Shown: piece after piece, positions 8,162 through 17,016 of the stretch
How positions within the stretch are numbered: position 1 is the first letter of the stretch
Layout: every line of letters begins with the position of its first letter
Source of the DNA: Pyrobaculum aerophilum str. IM2
Lineage (GTDB): Archaea; Thermoproteota; Thermoprotei; Thermoproteales; Thermoproteaceae
Length of the DNA: 32,000 nt
Reading direction: 5' to 3'
Assembly: GCF_000007225.1 (NCBI RefSeq)
Contig: NC_003364.1
Location: forward strand, 1,200,001 to 1,232,000
The notes under the pieces: model-generated
Seen by the model: the letters and a program-made list of their open reading frames with translations, nothing else
What the model was told of the DNA's origin: nothing
Databases searched by the model: none
Translations under genes and position numbers: made by a program

Positions 8162-8812
8162 TTACCTTTGCCTTTTCTCTTTTATTAACATAAATATTAA
8201 TAATGACATTAATAATATACCAAATGTTAACTCATATATGTAATAATATGCGATAATATTAATTAATCGTAAAGCTATTGCACCTAGTATGAACCCATAA
8301 ATTGATGAAAAGTAAAATCCTATTACCCCACCTATTACAAGTAACGAAGAATAGGACCAAAAAGTGAGATCTGAAGTTACCGGTCAGATACGCAATTAGC
8401 ACACCTGAAACGCTTCCAAACAATGCCGAAATTATGTTCACTCTTAAGATAACTCTATCGGGTTCTATACCTAAAGCAGGTAGGCGCAATTCATTTTCCC
8501 TAAGACCAACGGCGTTCCAGAAAAGTGAACTGTTGATATATTTAATTCTAAATAGTAATGCAAAAGAAAAGTAACAAAAATAAAAATAAAATATTAAAAT
8601 TACCTCTCATACCAAATAATGTAAATGATGGTATAGAAATTCCATCAGAACCCCCTGTATAATAATACATTTTTACAAGAATTCCATATATGACCATTGA
8701 GATAAAGATGAGATTTTTGAAGGTATTGCACCTAAAATAGCTGATGAAATTAAAAAATAATTAAAGATGTAGTAAATAACAAGAAAACAACAGTAATTTT
8801 AGCTGAATCCAT
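8162..8812 (-). pseudogene. frameshifted and N-terminally truncated LivM-like branched-chain amino acid ABC permease
   Basis: LivM-type segments occur in three different reverse frames. These are MYYYTGGSDGISIPSFTLFGM, then FALLFRIKYINSSLFWNAVGLRENELRLPALGIEPDRVILRVNIISALFGSVSGVLIAYLTGNF, then LLVIGGVIGFYFSSIYGFILGAIALRLI...KEKRQR with a stop at 8162-8164. The sequence is very AT-rich. Confidence 0.6.
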
Positions 8813-8871
8813 AACAGTATATATAGAAGGTTTGTATGACAATATATATTTTATAGATAGGGGAAAAATAA

Positions 8872-9948
8872 TTAGAAAACAATGATTCCTCTTCCTAGGA
8901 TTTTTCCTTCTTTTAATTTATTAAAAGCTTTATTTACATCTTCTTCTGTAAATTTAAATCTTTCTGATATTACCTCTTTGTAATTAATTTTCTTCGCTAG
9001 CTTAATTACATTAATTTGATCAGCTAACGATCCTGTATATGTAGTTATTATAACTATTTCTTTTCTAATAAGTATTTGCGTAGGTATTGTTACTTCATGT
9101 CCCATTAAGCCGACAAGGTTATAAACTCCTTTTGTTGTAAGTATTTTGCTGTATATTGGCACAGTATTATTGTTTGAAACTAGGTCTATTACTGCTCTAA
9201 CACCTCTCCCCTTGGTTATCTCATTTAGAATTTCAATAGTGTTCGCGTTTACCTTAGTATATACTACATCTCGTACGATCTTTGATGCAAACTGTAGAGC
9301 CTCTTCTCTAATGTCTACCGCGATGATATTGGCCTCTGGCAAGAGTACCTTGGCCCATTGCACTGCGTATATACCTAAACCTCCAAGTCCTACTATTAAA
9401 ATATAATCATCAGGCCTTATATACTTCCGTATTTTCTTAACGGCGTTATATGTAGTTAGTCCAGCGCAACCAAGTGGTGCAATACTTTCTATTTCTTCAA
9501 AACCCTCTAATGGTATTACATACTTATAGTGAGGAACCACTATATACTCTTGGAGACCTCCTTCTATGTCAAATGCATATCTACGTCTCCTTGACGCAAG
9601 TTGTGTATACCCTTCTGCAACTATTTCATCGTTTTCATCCGCAGGTTGCCAAGCATAAACCAATACTGGTGTGCCTTCTCTCAGAGACTCTGGAACTAGT
9701 GAACCCTTTTTAGCAATAGTACCAACTATCTCATGTCCTACAATCCACGGCAAACTTTTAGGAAGACCTATTGACTTATAATCGCCTTGCCAAAGGTGTA
9801 GATCAGAATGACATATGCCCACAGATCTTGTCTTCACTAGTAGCCCGTAAGGCGGCACCTCTTCGGGTGTGGGCACTTCGTCTATTTTAAACGGACCTGC
9901 TATTTCGTAAAAGAAAGCCGCTTTATGGGTCTTTCTTATTCCGGTCAT
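8872..9948 (-). CDS. adh: zinc-dependent alcohol dehydrogenase (MDR family)
   Basis: Motifs are GICHSDLHLWQGDY, GHEIVGTI and the Rossmann loop IVGLGGLGIYAVQWAK. The start is placed at ATG 9948 (MTGIRKTHKAAFF), with TATA TTTTTAATTA 20-29 nt upstream (9968-9977); ATG 9960 is an alternative. The ORF-track extension to 10368 runs antisense into AOR and is an artefact. The coding sequence is only about 25-35 percent GC. Confidence 0.85.
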   Translation of the reverse strand: MTGIRKTHKAAFFYEIAGPFKIDEVPTPEEVPPYGLLVKTRSVGICHSDLHLWQGDYKSIGLPKSLPWIVGHEIVGTIAKKGSLVPESLREGTPVLVYAWQPADENDEIVAEGYTQLASRRRRYAFDIEGGLQEYIVVPHYKYVIPLEGFEEIESIAPLGCAGLTTYNAVKKIRKYIRPDDYILIVGLGGLGIYAVQWAKVLLPEANIIAVDIREEALQFASKIVRDVVYTKVNANTIEILNEITKGRGVRAVIDLVSNNNTVPIYSKILTTKGVYNLVGLMGHEVTIPTQILIRKEIVIITTYTGSLADQINVIKLAKKINYKEVISERFKFTEEDVNKAFNKLKEGKILGRGIIVF

Positions 9949-9967
9949 TAGTTGGATCATAAGATTG

Positions 9968-9977
9968 TAATTAAAAA
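9968..9977 (-). promoter_or_regulatory. TATA box of the adh gene
   Basis: Reverse-strand TTTTTAATTA lies 20-29 nt upstream of ATG 9948. Confidence 0.4.
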
Positions 9978-10030
9978 CATTATACTGAAAACGCGAAAAA
10001 CATAAAAATAAATTTAGATAATGCATCACT

Positions 10031-11833
10031 ATGCAAACGCTAAGAGGCCTAGTAATCGATTTATCTAAGCGCACAATTAAATCTCTTGAAAACGGCAGTA
10101 AGGCGGCCAGGCTTTTTATTGGAGGTCGAGGAGTTGCCACATATCTCTTTTGGAAATTCGGGGGGCACTTGGCGGATCCCCTCTCTGGCGAGGGCCCTCT
10201 TATATTCGCCGCGGGGCCTCTCACGGGGACTGGGATTCCCATGTCGGGCAGGGCCGCCGCGGTGTTCAGATCGCCTCTTACGGGCATCCTCGGGGCCTCT
10301 AACCTCGGGGGAAGGCTGGGCCCGGCGATGCGCTTCGCCGGCGTTGACGTTCTCGTCGTTGTGGGCAAGGCCGAGAGGCCTGTTTATTTAGTGGTGCAAG
10401 AGGGGAGGGTTGAGTTTAGAGACGCGTCTCATCTCTGGGGGAAAGACGCCATTGAGACTGAGGAGGTTTTGCTGAGAGAGCACGGCCGCAACTCCGCTGT
10501 TTTGACCATCGGCCCCGCGGGGGAGAACTTAGTGAGGTTCGCCTCTATTAATCACGATTTGTGGAGGCAGTTTGGGAGGACTGGGGGAGGCGCAGTGATG
10601 GGGGCGAAGAGGCTTAAGGCAGTTGTCTTCGTGCCGGAGAGGAGGGGCGTGGACGTGGCCATGCCTGAGAAACTCGCCGAGTTTCTCAAGAAGTTTGTGC
10701 CGTATTTTGTCGGGGAGAAGAGCGTGAAGGCCCTTTTCGAGGGGGGAACGCCGCGTTTAGTAGAAATCGCAAACCAAATGGGCTTTTTCCCCACGTATAA
10801 TTGGAGGCGCGTCTCTATGGACGGGTGGGAGAGAATTGCATGGCCTGCATTGAAGAGGGATTATTTCGTCAAGCCGGCCGCGTGTCTCCACTGCCCCGCG
10901 GCTTGCCACCGCCTTGTGAGGTCTAAGAAATACGGCGTTGACGTGGATATTGAGTACGAGACTATTTTCGCCCTGGGTGGCCTCACCGGTTGCGCCGACC
11001 CAGACGAGTTAATTAGGCTTAACGACTTGGCCGACAGGCTGGGAATGGACACAATTTCGCTGGGGGGCGTCTTGGCCTTTGCCATTGAGGCGGCTGAGGA
11101 GGGAAAGCTGAAGTTAGAGGCGGAGTGGGGCTGCGGGGGGCTGGCTAAATTAATAGAGGACATCGCTTATAGGAGGGGCGTTGGGGATATCCTCGCCGAC
11201 GGCGTCAAGGTAGCGGCGGAGAGACTCGGCGTTGGGGAGGCGGCGGTTCACGTGAGAGGCCTCGAGCCCGCCGGCTACGACCCCCGCGTCCTTAAGGGTA
11301 TGGCGCTTAACTACGCCATTGGGTACAGAGGAGCTGACCACTTGGCCACTATGGCCTACGCCATTGATATCGGCGGCTACGCCGGCGGCCCGCAGAGCTT
11401 GGGGGAGGAGAAGGTACGCGCCGTTGCCCATATGGAAGAGGCCTCCGCCGTTTTTGACTCCCTCGTCTTGTGTAAATTCGGGAGGGGGGTTTACGACATG
11501 TACCCAGGCGGAAGGGGGTTTGAAATAGCGGCAGAGCTCCTCACATATGTAACTGGCGAGGACTGGTCTGCGAAATCTCTGCGAGAGGCGGCGCTTAGAA
11601 TTATAAACTTGACAAGGGTTTTGAACTTAAAAATGGGCGCCGGACCTGACGGCTTGCCGGAGAGGTTCTTCAAGCCAGTCCGTTTTGAGGGGAGGGAGTA
11701 CGTTTTAACGCGGGGGGAGTTGGAGGCGGCTTTAAGGAGTTACTACGCGCTTAGGGGCTGGGACGAAGAGGGGAGGCCGAGGCCGGAGACTTTAAGGGAG
11801 TTGCAACTGGACTTCTTACTCTCACCGCCTTAA
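10031..11833 (+). CDS. aor: tungsten-containing aldehyde:ferredoxin oxidoreductase family protein
   Basis: 600-aa ORF with the AOR N-terminal domain (IDLSKRTI...GGRGVATYLFW). Cluster Cys ligands are in CLHCPAAC. GMDTISLG and GLEPAGYDPR-type motifs are present. Confidence 0.92.
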   Translation: MQTLRGLVIDLSKRTIKSLENGSKAARLFIGGRGVATYLFWKFGGHLADPLSGEGPLIFAAGPLTGTGIPMSGRAAAVFRSPLTGILGASNLGGRLGPAMRFAGVDVLVVVGKAERPVYLVVQEGRVEFRDASHLWGKDAIETEEVLLREHGRNSAVLTIGPAGENLVRFASINHDLWRQFGRTGGGAVMGAKRLKAVVFVPERRGVDVAMPEKLAEFLKKFVPYFVGEKSVKALFEGGTPRLVEIANQMGFFPTYNWRRVSMDGWERIAWPALKRDYFVKPAACLHCPAACHRLVRSKKYGVDVDIEYETIFALGGLTGCADPDELIRLNDLADRLGMDTISLGGVLAFAIEAAEEGKLKLEAEWGCGGLAKLIEDIAYRRGVGDILADGVKVAAERLGVGEAAVHVRGLEPAGYDPRVLKGMALNYAIGYRGADHLATMAYAIDIGGYAGGPQSLGEEKVRAVAHMEEASAVFDSLVLCKFGRGVYDMYPGGRGFEIAAELLTYVTGEDWSAKSLREAALRIINLTRVLNLKMGAGPDGLPERFFKPVRFEGREYVLTRGELEAALRSYYALRGWDEEGRPRPETLRELQLDFLLSPP

Positions 11834-13036
11834 GTGGCTTAGGACTTTTTTAAACGCCGCCGCCGTGTCTAACGCGTCTTGTTCTGTGAGATTGGGCATT
11901 ACCAGCAACGAAACTACTCTCTCGGCGGCCCATTCGGCGTTTGGAAGCGGTTTGTACTCAACTCTCCTTTTATAATAGGGACACGTCCAGGGACAGCCGA
12001 GGCCGTGGCCCTCTTGCCTCTGGAACAGGGGCGTTTTGTAGAGGGGGACTGGGTAGGCCACAAAGGCGTTTCCCACCCCCTCAGCCCTTAGGGCCTCCAC
12101 CACGTAGTCCCTGGGCTTTTTCAGCTTCTCCACTGCGAGTAGTATTTGGACTAAATGCCAGGCGTGTTTCATATACGGCCTGGGCCTCGGCACTGTGATT
12201 AAGTCCCCCTCGAGCGGCGCCAGCTCTTCTAACAACGCCTTAACGTAGGCCTCCCTACGCCTCTCCATCTCCGGCAACTGTTTCAGCTGGTAGTAGGCCA
12301 AAACGCCTTGGATTTCAGTCATGCGGTAGTTATAGCCGAGGAGTTCGTAGCTGTACTTCCCCACCTCGCCGTGCGCCCTAATGAGCTTCGCCCTCTCTGC
12401 ATACGCGGCAATGTCTGTGGCGACTGCGCCGCCTTCTCCCGACGTTATGTGTTTAGTCGCGTAGAAACTGAAGGCAGACACGTGGCCGATAGAGCCAGCC
12501 CTCCTTCCTCTGTACTCAGCGCCGAGGGCTTGGGCCGCGTCTTCTATAATCTTAACCCCGTACCTCTCCGCCAGCTTCATGAACTGGTCCATCTCAGCCG
12601 GCATCCCGGCGAGGTGGACGACCACCACCGCCTTGGTCTTGTCAGTAATCCTCTCCTCCACCGAGGCGGGGTCTAGGTTTAGAGTCTCCCTGTCTATATC
12701 GGCGAATACAGGCACGGCGTTGGCGTGTAACACCGCTGTCGCAGACGCGGCGAAGGTAAAAGGCGTTGTTATCACCTCGTCCCCGGGCCCCACGCCTATT
12801 GCTTTAAGCGCTGTGTGTAGGGCAGTAGTGCCGTTGGAAACCGCCGCCGCATACCTCACCCCGAGGTAAGAGGCCAGCTCGGCCTCAAACGCCTTTACCC
12901 ACTTGCCGTGTTGCGCAGTTAAGACGCCGGATTTCAACACCTCGGCAATGGCTTGCAACACCTCCTCGCTGTACACCGCAGGCCTCGCCACAATGGGCGT
13001 TTCCCTAACAGGCTTTCCTCCCTCTATTGCCAGCAT
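11822..13036 (-). CDS. DegT/DnrJ/EryC1/StrS-family PLP-dependent aminotransferase
   Basis: 404-aa ORF with SFYATKHITSGEGGAV (PLP lysine motif), a GDEVITTPFTF motif and DIDRETLNLDP. Its 3' end overlaps the AOR 3' end by 12 nt (convergent). Confidence 0.9.
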   Translation of the reverse strand: MLAIEGGKPVRETPIVARPAVYSEEVLQAIAEVLKSGVLTAQHGKWVKAFEAELASYLGVRYAAAVSNGTTALHTALKAIGVGPGDEVITTPFTFAASATAVLHANAVPVFADIDRETLNLDPASVEERITDKTKAVVVVHLAGMPAEMDQFMKLAERYGVKIIEDAAQALGAEYRGRRAGSIGHVSAFSFYATKHITSGEGGAVATDIAAYAERAKLIRAHGEVGKYSYELLGYNYRMTEIQGVLAYYQLKQLPEMERRREAYVKALLEELAPLEGDLITVPRPRPYMKHAWHLVQILLAVEKLKKPRDYVVEALRAEGVGNAFVAYPVPLYKTPLFQRQEGHGLGCPWTCPYYKRRVEYKPLPNAEWAAERVVSLLVMPNLTEQDALDTAAAFKKVLSHLRR

Positions 13037-13065
13037 AGGTTTTAAAATAAGTCTTTTTTAAATCT

Positions 13066-13503
13066 GTGAGATGGCTCTACTTCACTTACGTGGTGTTCTG
13101 GTCCGCGGCGCTGTTGGCGTTAATGCTGGGGGCCGCGGGCATTCAGTTAATTAAGCCAGAGGACGTGGCAAGGGAATTAAACGAGACTGCGGCTATGCCG
13201 TATGAACAGAGATTTGCCCAGGCGGCTACCCAATTCATTCTCGCCGCAGCCCTCTCCTACCCAGCCCTTTTATTTTTAGCCGCCTTATACGGCACGGCGA
13301 CTGCCGCTGTGGCTTTAGCGCTCGGCGCGTGGCAGGCGCTCCTCTACGCGGCGGTATGCCACGTAGTACTGCTCTTTATGGAGGAAGCGGCGAGGTGGCA
13401 CCCCCTTGTGCAGAAATTCGCCAAGAGGGAAAAGATAGAGTGGAAGAGATATCTCTTGTGGGTGGCGGCCTCAATATCACTGGCAGGCGTGTTGTCTCTC
13501 TAA
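13066..13503 (+). CDS. small integral membrane protein, unknown function
   Basis: 145-aa ORF with a GTG start and about 4 hydrophobic helices. No recognisable motif. Confidence 0.5.
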   Translation: MRWLYFTYVVFWSAALLALMLGAAGIQLIKPEDVARELNETAAMPYEQRFAQAATQFILAAALSYPALLFLAALYGTATAAVALALGAWQALLYAAVCHVVLLFMEEAARWHPLVQKFAKREKIEWKRYLLWVAASISLAGVLSL

Positions 13504-13886
13504 CTCTGTTGCGCCGCGAGATACTGTTCTACAATGTCGTATCCATATATAGCTTTAAACATCTCCCTGCCCCTCGGCGTCATTTGAGTGGGATCCCAGG
13601 GCCTTTCAAAATCCACCTCTACCTCCACGTCCTGCGCCTCGGGCACTGCGCTTTGTATCGCGTAGCCCACTTCCTGCGCGACGTTGCCGGCAACTGGACA
13701 GCCCACGGCCGTAAGAGTCATAACTACTTTCAGAGTACCGTTTTCTAAAACTACTTTTCTAATAAGCCCTAAGTCGTAAACGTTAATAGGAATCTCCGGG
13801 TCGTACACCTCCCTCAAGACCTCTACTATTTTTTTCGCCTTCTCGGGCGGAAGGTTTGTCTCAAACGCTATTTTTTCCTCTTCCAT
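13500..13886 (-). CDS. DUF59/MIP18-family Fe-S cluster assembly protein (SufT/PaaD-like)
   Basis: 128-aa ORF with VYDPEIPINVYDLGLI and TLTAVGCPVAGN, the conserved DUF59 Cys motif. Confidence 0.85.
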   Translation of the reverse strand: MEEEKIAFETNLPPEKAKKIVEVLREVYDPEIPINVYDLGLIRKVVLENGTLKVVMTLTAVGCPVAGNVAQEVGYAIQSAVPEAQDVEVEVDFERPWDPTQMTPRGREMFKAIYGYDIVEQYLAAQQS

Positions 13887-13965
13887 AGCTCAAATACCGA
13901 TTTATAGTTAAAAACGTTAAGGGGGCTTGGTAAAAAGCTTTTAAGACAATAAGGAAGTGAGCTTC

Positions 13966-14178
13966 ATGGAAATAATCGACGTGAGCGGACAGCAGTGTCC
14001 CGACCCCCTTAAAAACGTGGCATCTGTTCTGGCCAACGCCCCCAGCGGCGCGAGGTTTAAAATAATCACCGACGATTACGTCTGCTACATGATGCTTAGG
14101 AGGCTCATGGCGTTAAACGACGTGAAAATACTAGAGGCAGACGAGGGCGGACCCTACACGCTAGTGGTAGAGAAGTAA
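13966..14178 (+). CDS. TusA/SirA-family sulfur carrier protein
   Basis: MEIIDVSGQQCPDPLKNV carries the CPxP active-site motif. About 70 aa. GTG 13957 is an alternative start. Confidence 0.8.
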   Translation: MEIIDVSGQQCPDPLKNVASVLANAPSGARFKIITDDYVCYMMLRRLMALNDVKILEADEGGPYTLVVEK

Positions 14179-14391
14179 TTACACAAGGGGTATTCCGGCC
14201 TCTCTGGCCTTTTCTAAAAACTCCTCAACTCCCACGCCGGCCAGCCTCGCTGCCGTTCTGAAATCCCCCGTCTTTATGTAATATATCAATGCGTATTTAA
14301 TTCTCGCCGGCTACCGCTCTATAAAGTCCCAATCGGCCTCCCTACGCCTAATCTCCCTAGCCTCCTCCATTAGCTCAACCCACTCAGACAC
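14179..14391 (-). pseudogene. UPF0175-like (antitoxin-type HTH) small gene interrupted by an in-frame TAG
   Basis: The reverse frame reads VSEWVELMEEAREIRRREADWDFIER, then TAG (14311-14313), then PARIKYALIYYIKTGDFRTAARLAGVGVEEFLEKAREAGIPLV and a stop at 14179-14181. The second half resembles the UPF0175 C-terminal HTH. It is absent from the ORF track because each half is under 60 aa. Confidence 0.45.
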
Positions 14392-14437
14392 TGAGATATC
14401 TGGCGTTAGTGTTATAAAGATTGACGCCTATCTCTAC

Positions 14438-14980
14438 ATGTATGAGGGAAAGTTCTACCGCCTGCTCCACCCGAGGCCTACTGTCGTCATTGTGACGAAG
14501 TGCCCAAACGGGCGTTTTAACCTCATGCCGGCCTCTTGGAACACTCCCGTCTCGGAGGAGCCGCCAACTATAGCGGTGGCGGTTGACAAGGAGTCTTACA
14601 CCCACCAGTGTCTGCGACACTACAAATACGCCACTATCAACGTCCCGCCCATAGACGCCGCCGATTTGATTTACAAACTGGGCACGACCAGCGGGAGGGA
14701 GGTGGACAAAGCGGCACAATTCGGCGTCAAGCTAGAGCCTTCTTCTAAAATAGATGTGCCGAGGATGTCCGGCGCCCTGGCCGCGTACGAGGCTGAGGTG
14801 TATAAAGAGGTGGAGGTGGGGGAGGTGGTGCTCTACATTTTCAGAGTTCTCGATGTCTGGACCGCCCCCGGCGTTGCCGACCAGTGGGGCTTTGACTTCA
14901 AGAAAGTGAACATCCCCCTACACGGCGCGGGGAGGGCCTTCTACCGCGTTGACCCCAGGCCTGTCTTCGCCAAGAAATAG
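14438..14980 (+). CDS. flavin reductase-like FMN-binding domain protein
   Basis: 180-aa ORF. LLHPRPTVVIVTKCPNGRFNLMPASWNTPVSEEPPTIAVAV is typical of the flavin reductase / split-barrel family. Confidence 0.85.
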   Translation: MYEGKFYRLLHPRPTVVIVTKCPNGRFNLMPASWNTPVSEEPPTIAVAVDKESYTHQCLRHYKYATINVPPIDAADLIYKLGTTSGREVDKAAQFGVKLEPSSKIDVPRMSGALAAYEAEVYKEVEVGEVVLYIFRVLDVWTAPGVADQWGFDFKKVNIPLHGAGRAFYRVDPRPVFAKK

Positions 14981-16144
14981 CCTCGCGACGCGGACATACG
15001 GCGGAGGCTTTGAATCGCCTATTAACACAAACCACACCTCTTTAAAAACAGCCCTGGCCTCTTTTAGCACTACTGGGTTTAACTTGTCGTCTTCGCCGTC
15101 TGTGACCACGGCCAGGGTGTAGCCCTCCAGCCTCCGGCTCTTTGCGTCCTCTGTAGCGGCCTCAACTGCCTTTGTGATATCCGTGCCGCCGCTGGCCACA
15201 ACTCTCGTCAAGACGTCCACGAGCTTTTCCACGTCGCTGATAGGCTCGTAAACCTCCGCGTCGAAAAAACGGACGACCACGTTTTTAAACCTCCTCAGCG
15301 CCGCGATGGCGTAGGCCGCGGCCACGGCTATTTTCTCCACGCCTTTAACAGCTCCATACATAGAGCCTGACTTGTCAATTAACAAGTAAACCCCCTTGTC
15401 GCCGCCTCCCCTGGCCCTGTACACGGGGATTTCCGCCCACGCGGCCTTGTGGAGAAAGAGAAGGGGGGCTCCCACGGATAGTGCCTTGGCGTATAAAGCC
15501 GCCCTCCCGATTCTAGACAGAGAGCCGTAGGCCCTCTCCCATTCTATAAACCCGGGGCGGCCCCTCCCGTCGAAAAGCAAACCCATCCTCGGGGCGAGCT
15601 CTAAGGCGCGCGCCAGAACTCTGGCCAGTCTGACTCTGCGGGGATCTGTGGCGACGGAAAGCGCAAGAGCCGCCGGGTCTCCCGACCTCCCCCTGCCGAG
15701 GATCTCGCCGAGTTTTTTAAAAACCCGGTGCAACTCTGCGACGTCCGCCGGGTCTCCCATATGGCGCCTAATCTGCCTCATCGCCTCCGCCCACGCCTCC
15801 CGCGCCCCCCTCCCGAACCAAGCCCTCCCGTAGTTTTCAAGGCTTTTTAAATAAGATTCAAACGCCCTCAACAGCCTCGCCGCGGCCTCGAGAGAGGCCT
15901 TGTGGTTAAGCCTGCACACCCCCGCCACTGCTCTGTAGTAATGAGACTTGACGTAAGTAGTCAAAAACCTCTCCCACACTGGGCTGGAGGAGCGGCCGCC
16001 AAAGATGGGCGATCTGTAGTGAACATAATACGCCTCTGCGGCCTCCTCAATCCCCACAGACTTAACGCCAGAGGCTCGCAACGCCCTCAAGGCCCTCGCC
16101 CTCACCAACGGATCGGAATAGTCTACGTTCAGGAGGAGGCCCAC
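14918..16144 (-). CDS. von Willebrand factor A (VWA) domain protein, CoxE-like architecture
   Basis: The C-terminal VWA has the MIDAS motif LLIDKSGSM ... SGGTDI ... VVTDGEDD. The N-terminal ~250 aa are helical and Arg-rich. I propose GTG 16144 as the start. The ORF-track ATG 16318 would overlap the upstream gene by 118 nt and adds a low-complexity Gly/Arg head. The start remains uncertain. Confidence 0.75.
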   Translation of the reverse strand: MGLLLNVDYSDPLVRARALRALRASGVKSVGIEEAAEAYYVHYRSPIFGGRSSSPVWERFLTTYVKSHYYRAVAGVCRLNHKASLEAAARLLRAFESYLKSLENYGRAWFGRGAREAWAEAMRQIRRHMGDPADVAELHRVFKKLGEILGRGRSGDPAALALSVATDPRRVRLARVLARALELAPRMGLLFDGRGRPGFIEWERAYGSLSRIGRAALYAKALSVGAPLLFLHKAAWAEIPVYRARGGGDKGVYLLIDKSGSMYGAVKGVEKIAVAAAYAIAALRRFKNVVVRFFDAEVYEPISDVEKLVDVLTRVVASGGTDITKAVEAATEDAKSRRLEGYTLAVVTDGEDDKLNPVVLKEARAVFKEVWFVLIGDSKPPPYVRVARLFLGEDRPGVNAVEGPPRAV

Positions 16145-16200
16145 ATTATAAACCTGTATTAAAAAGTTGAGTTTTTGAGGCGGATCTGGGAAAAATTTAA

Positions 16201-17016
16201 TTAAGCCCCCAGCCCAGCCCTCAGCTCCTCTGCTTTCCTCCTCGCCTCCGCCAGCCGCTCCCTCACCCAGTCCATGTACCGCGTGGCGTTTGCGTCGCCG
16301 TACCAGCGGCTGAGCCACTCCATCCTCTCAGGGCGTTGAAGCGCCGACTCGTAGATAAATTCCCAATTCCTCCAGTGGACGTATAAATACGCCTCAGTCG
16401 GCGCCTCAATTACTGCATATGACCTATACGGCGGAACGTCGGCGAAATACTCGGCGAAGCACTTGCCTATATATCCAGCTGGCTCCTCCGAGCGGATTTT
16501 AATAAAGTGGACTTTCAGCAGGAGGTTCACGTGGAAGTAGGCCCTCGCCGTGCTTACGCTAACGCCGTACCAAGCAAGGGGCAGAAACGCCTCCACCTCT
16601 TGGCCTTCAGCAAAAGTGCCGTTATGGCGGCTCGGAAGCACTATGGAGTTGTCGCAGGGATCTATCTCGTGCCCAACGAACTTTCTAGTAAACCTCCTGA
16701 AATCCCCGTCGTCTAGCACGAGGATTTCTACGGCAGGTCCCTCAGCCGTCGTGGCGTTTTTCCTGGCGACTAACACAGAATATTCAAGGCGGCTGGCGAA
16801 GTACACGTCGCCGACGGGCACCTCCCTCTTCAGCCTCTCCACAAACGACATGAACTCGCCGGGAGTTACAGTAAACGGGTTCTTAAGGACAAAGTCCACA
16901 ACCCCAGCGGAGGAGTTGTACTTCAGCCCCCTGAACTCTTTAAGCGCCTCTTCGTCTAACGCGCCGAATGTTCTCACGACAGTATCGTTCCTCTTAGGCT
17001 TCTTGAAGTAATCCAT
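16201..17016 (-). CDS. hypothetical protein (271 aa), no recognisable motif
   Basis: The composition is protein-like, with no Walker or HExxH motif. Its ATG directly abuts the TAG of the upstream ORF (17016/17017). The C-terminal helix is RERLAEARRKAEELRAGL. Confidence 0.65.
   Translation of the reverse strand: MDYFKKPKRNDTVVRTFGALDEEALKEFRGLKYNSSAGVVDFVLKNPFTVTPGEFMSFVERLKREVPVGDVYFASRLEYSVLVARKNATTAEGPAVEILVLDDGDFRRFTRKFVGHEIDPCDNSIVLPSRHNGTFAEGQEVEAFLPLAWYGVSVSTARAYFHVNLLLKVHFIKIRSEEPAGYIGKCFAEYFADVPPYRSYAVIEAPTEAYLYVHWRNWEFIYESALQRPERMEWLSRWYGDANATRYMDWVRERLAEARRKAEELRAGLGA

Noticed and set aside
8872-10368. 498-aa ORF in the track suggesting a long N-terminal extension of the alcohol dehydrogenase
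   Set aside because: The first ~140 codons are antisense to the AOR 5' end and the promoter spacer, and they are Pro/Arg-rich. The composition switches at 10030, and the ADH homology begins only at MTGIRKTHKAAFF. The gene was trimmed to 8872..9948.
14918-16318. ATG 16318 as the start of the VWA gene
   Set aside because: It would overlap the upstream gene by 118 nt and add a Gly/Arg/Glu low-complexity head read from the other gene's coding sequence. GTG 16144 is preferred but unproven.
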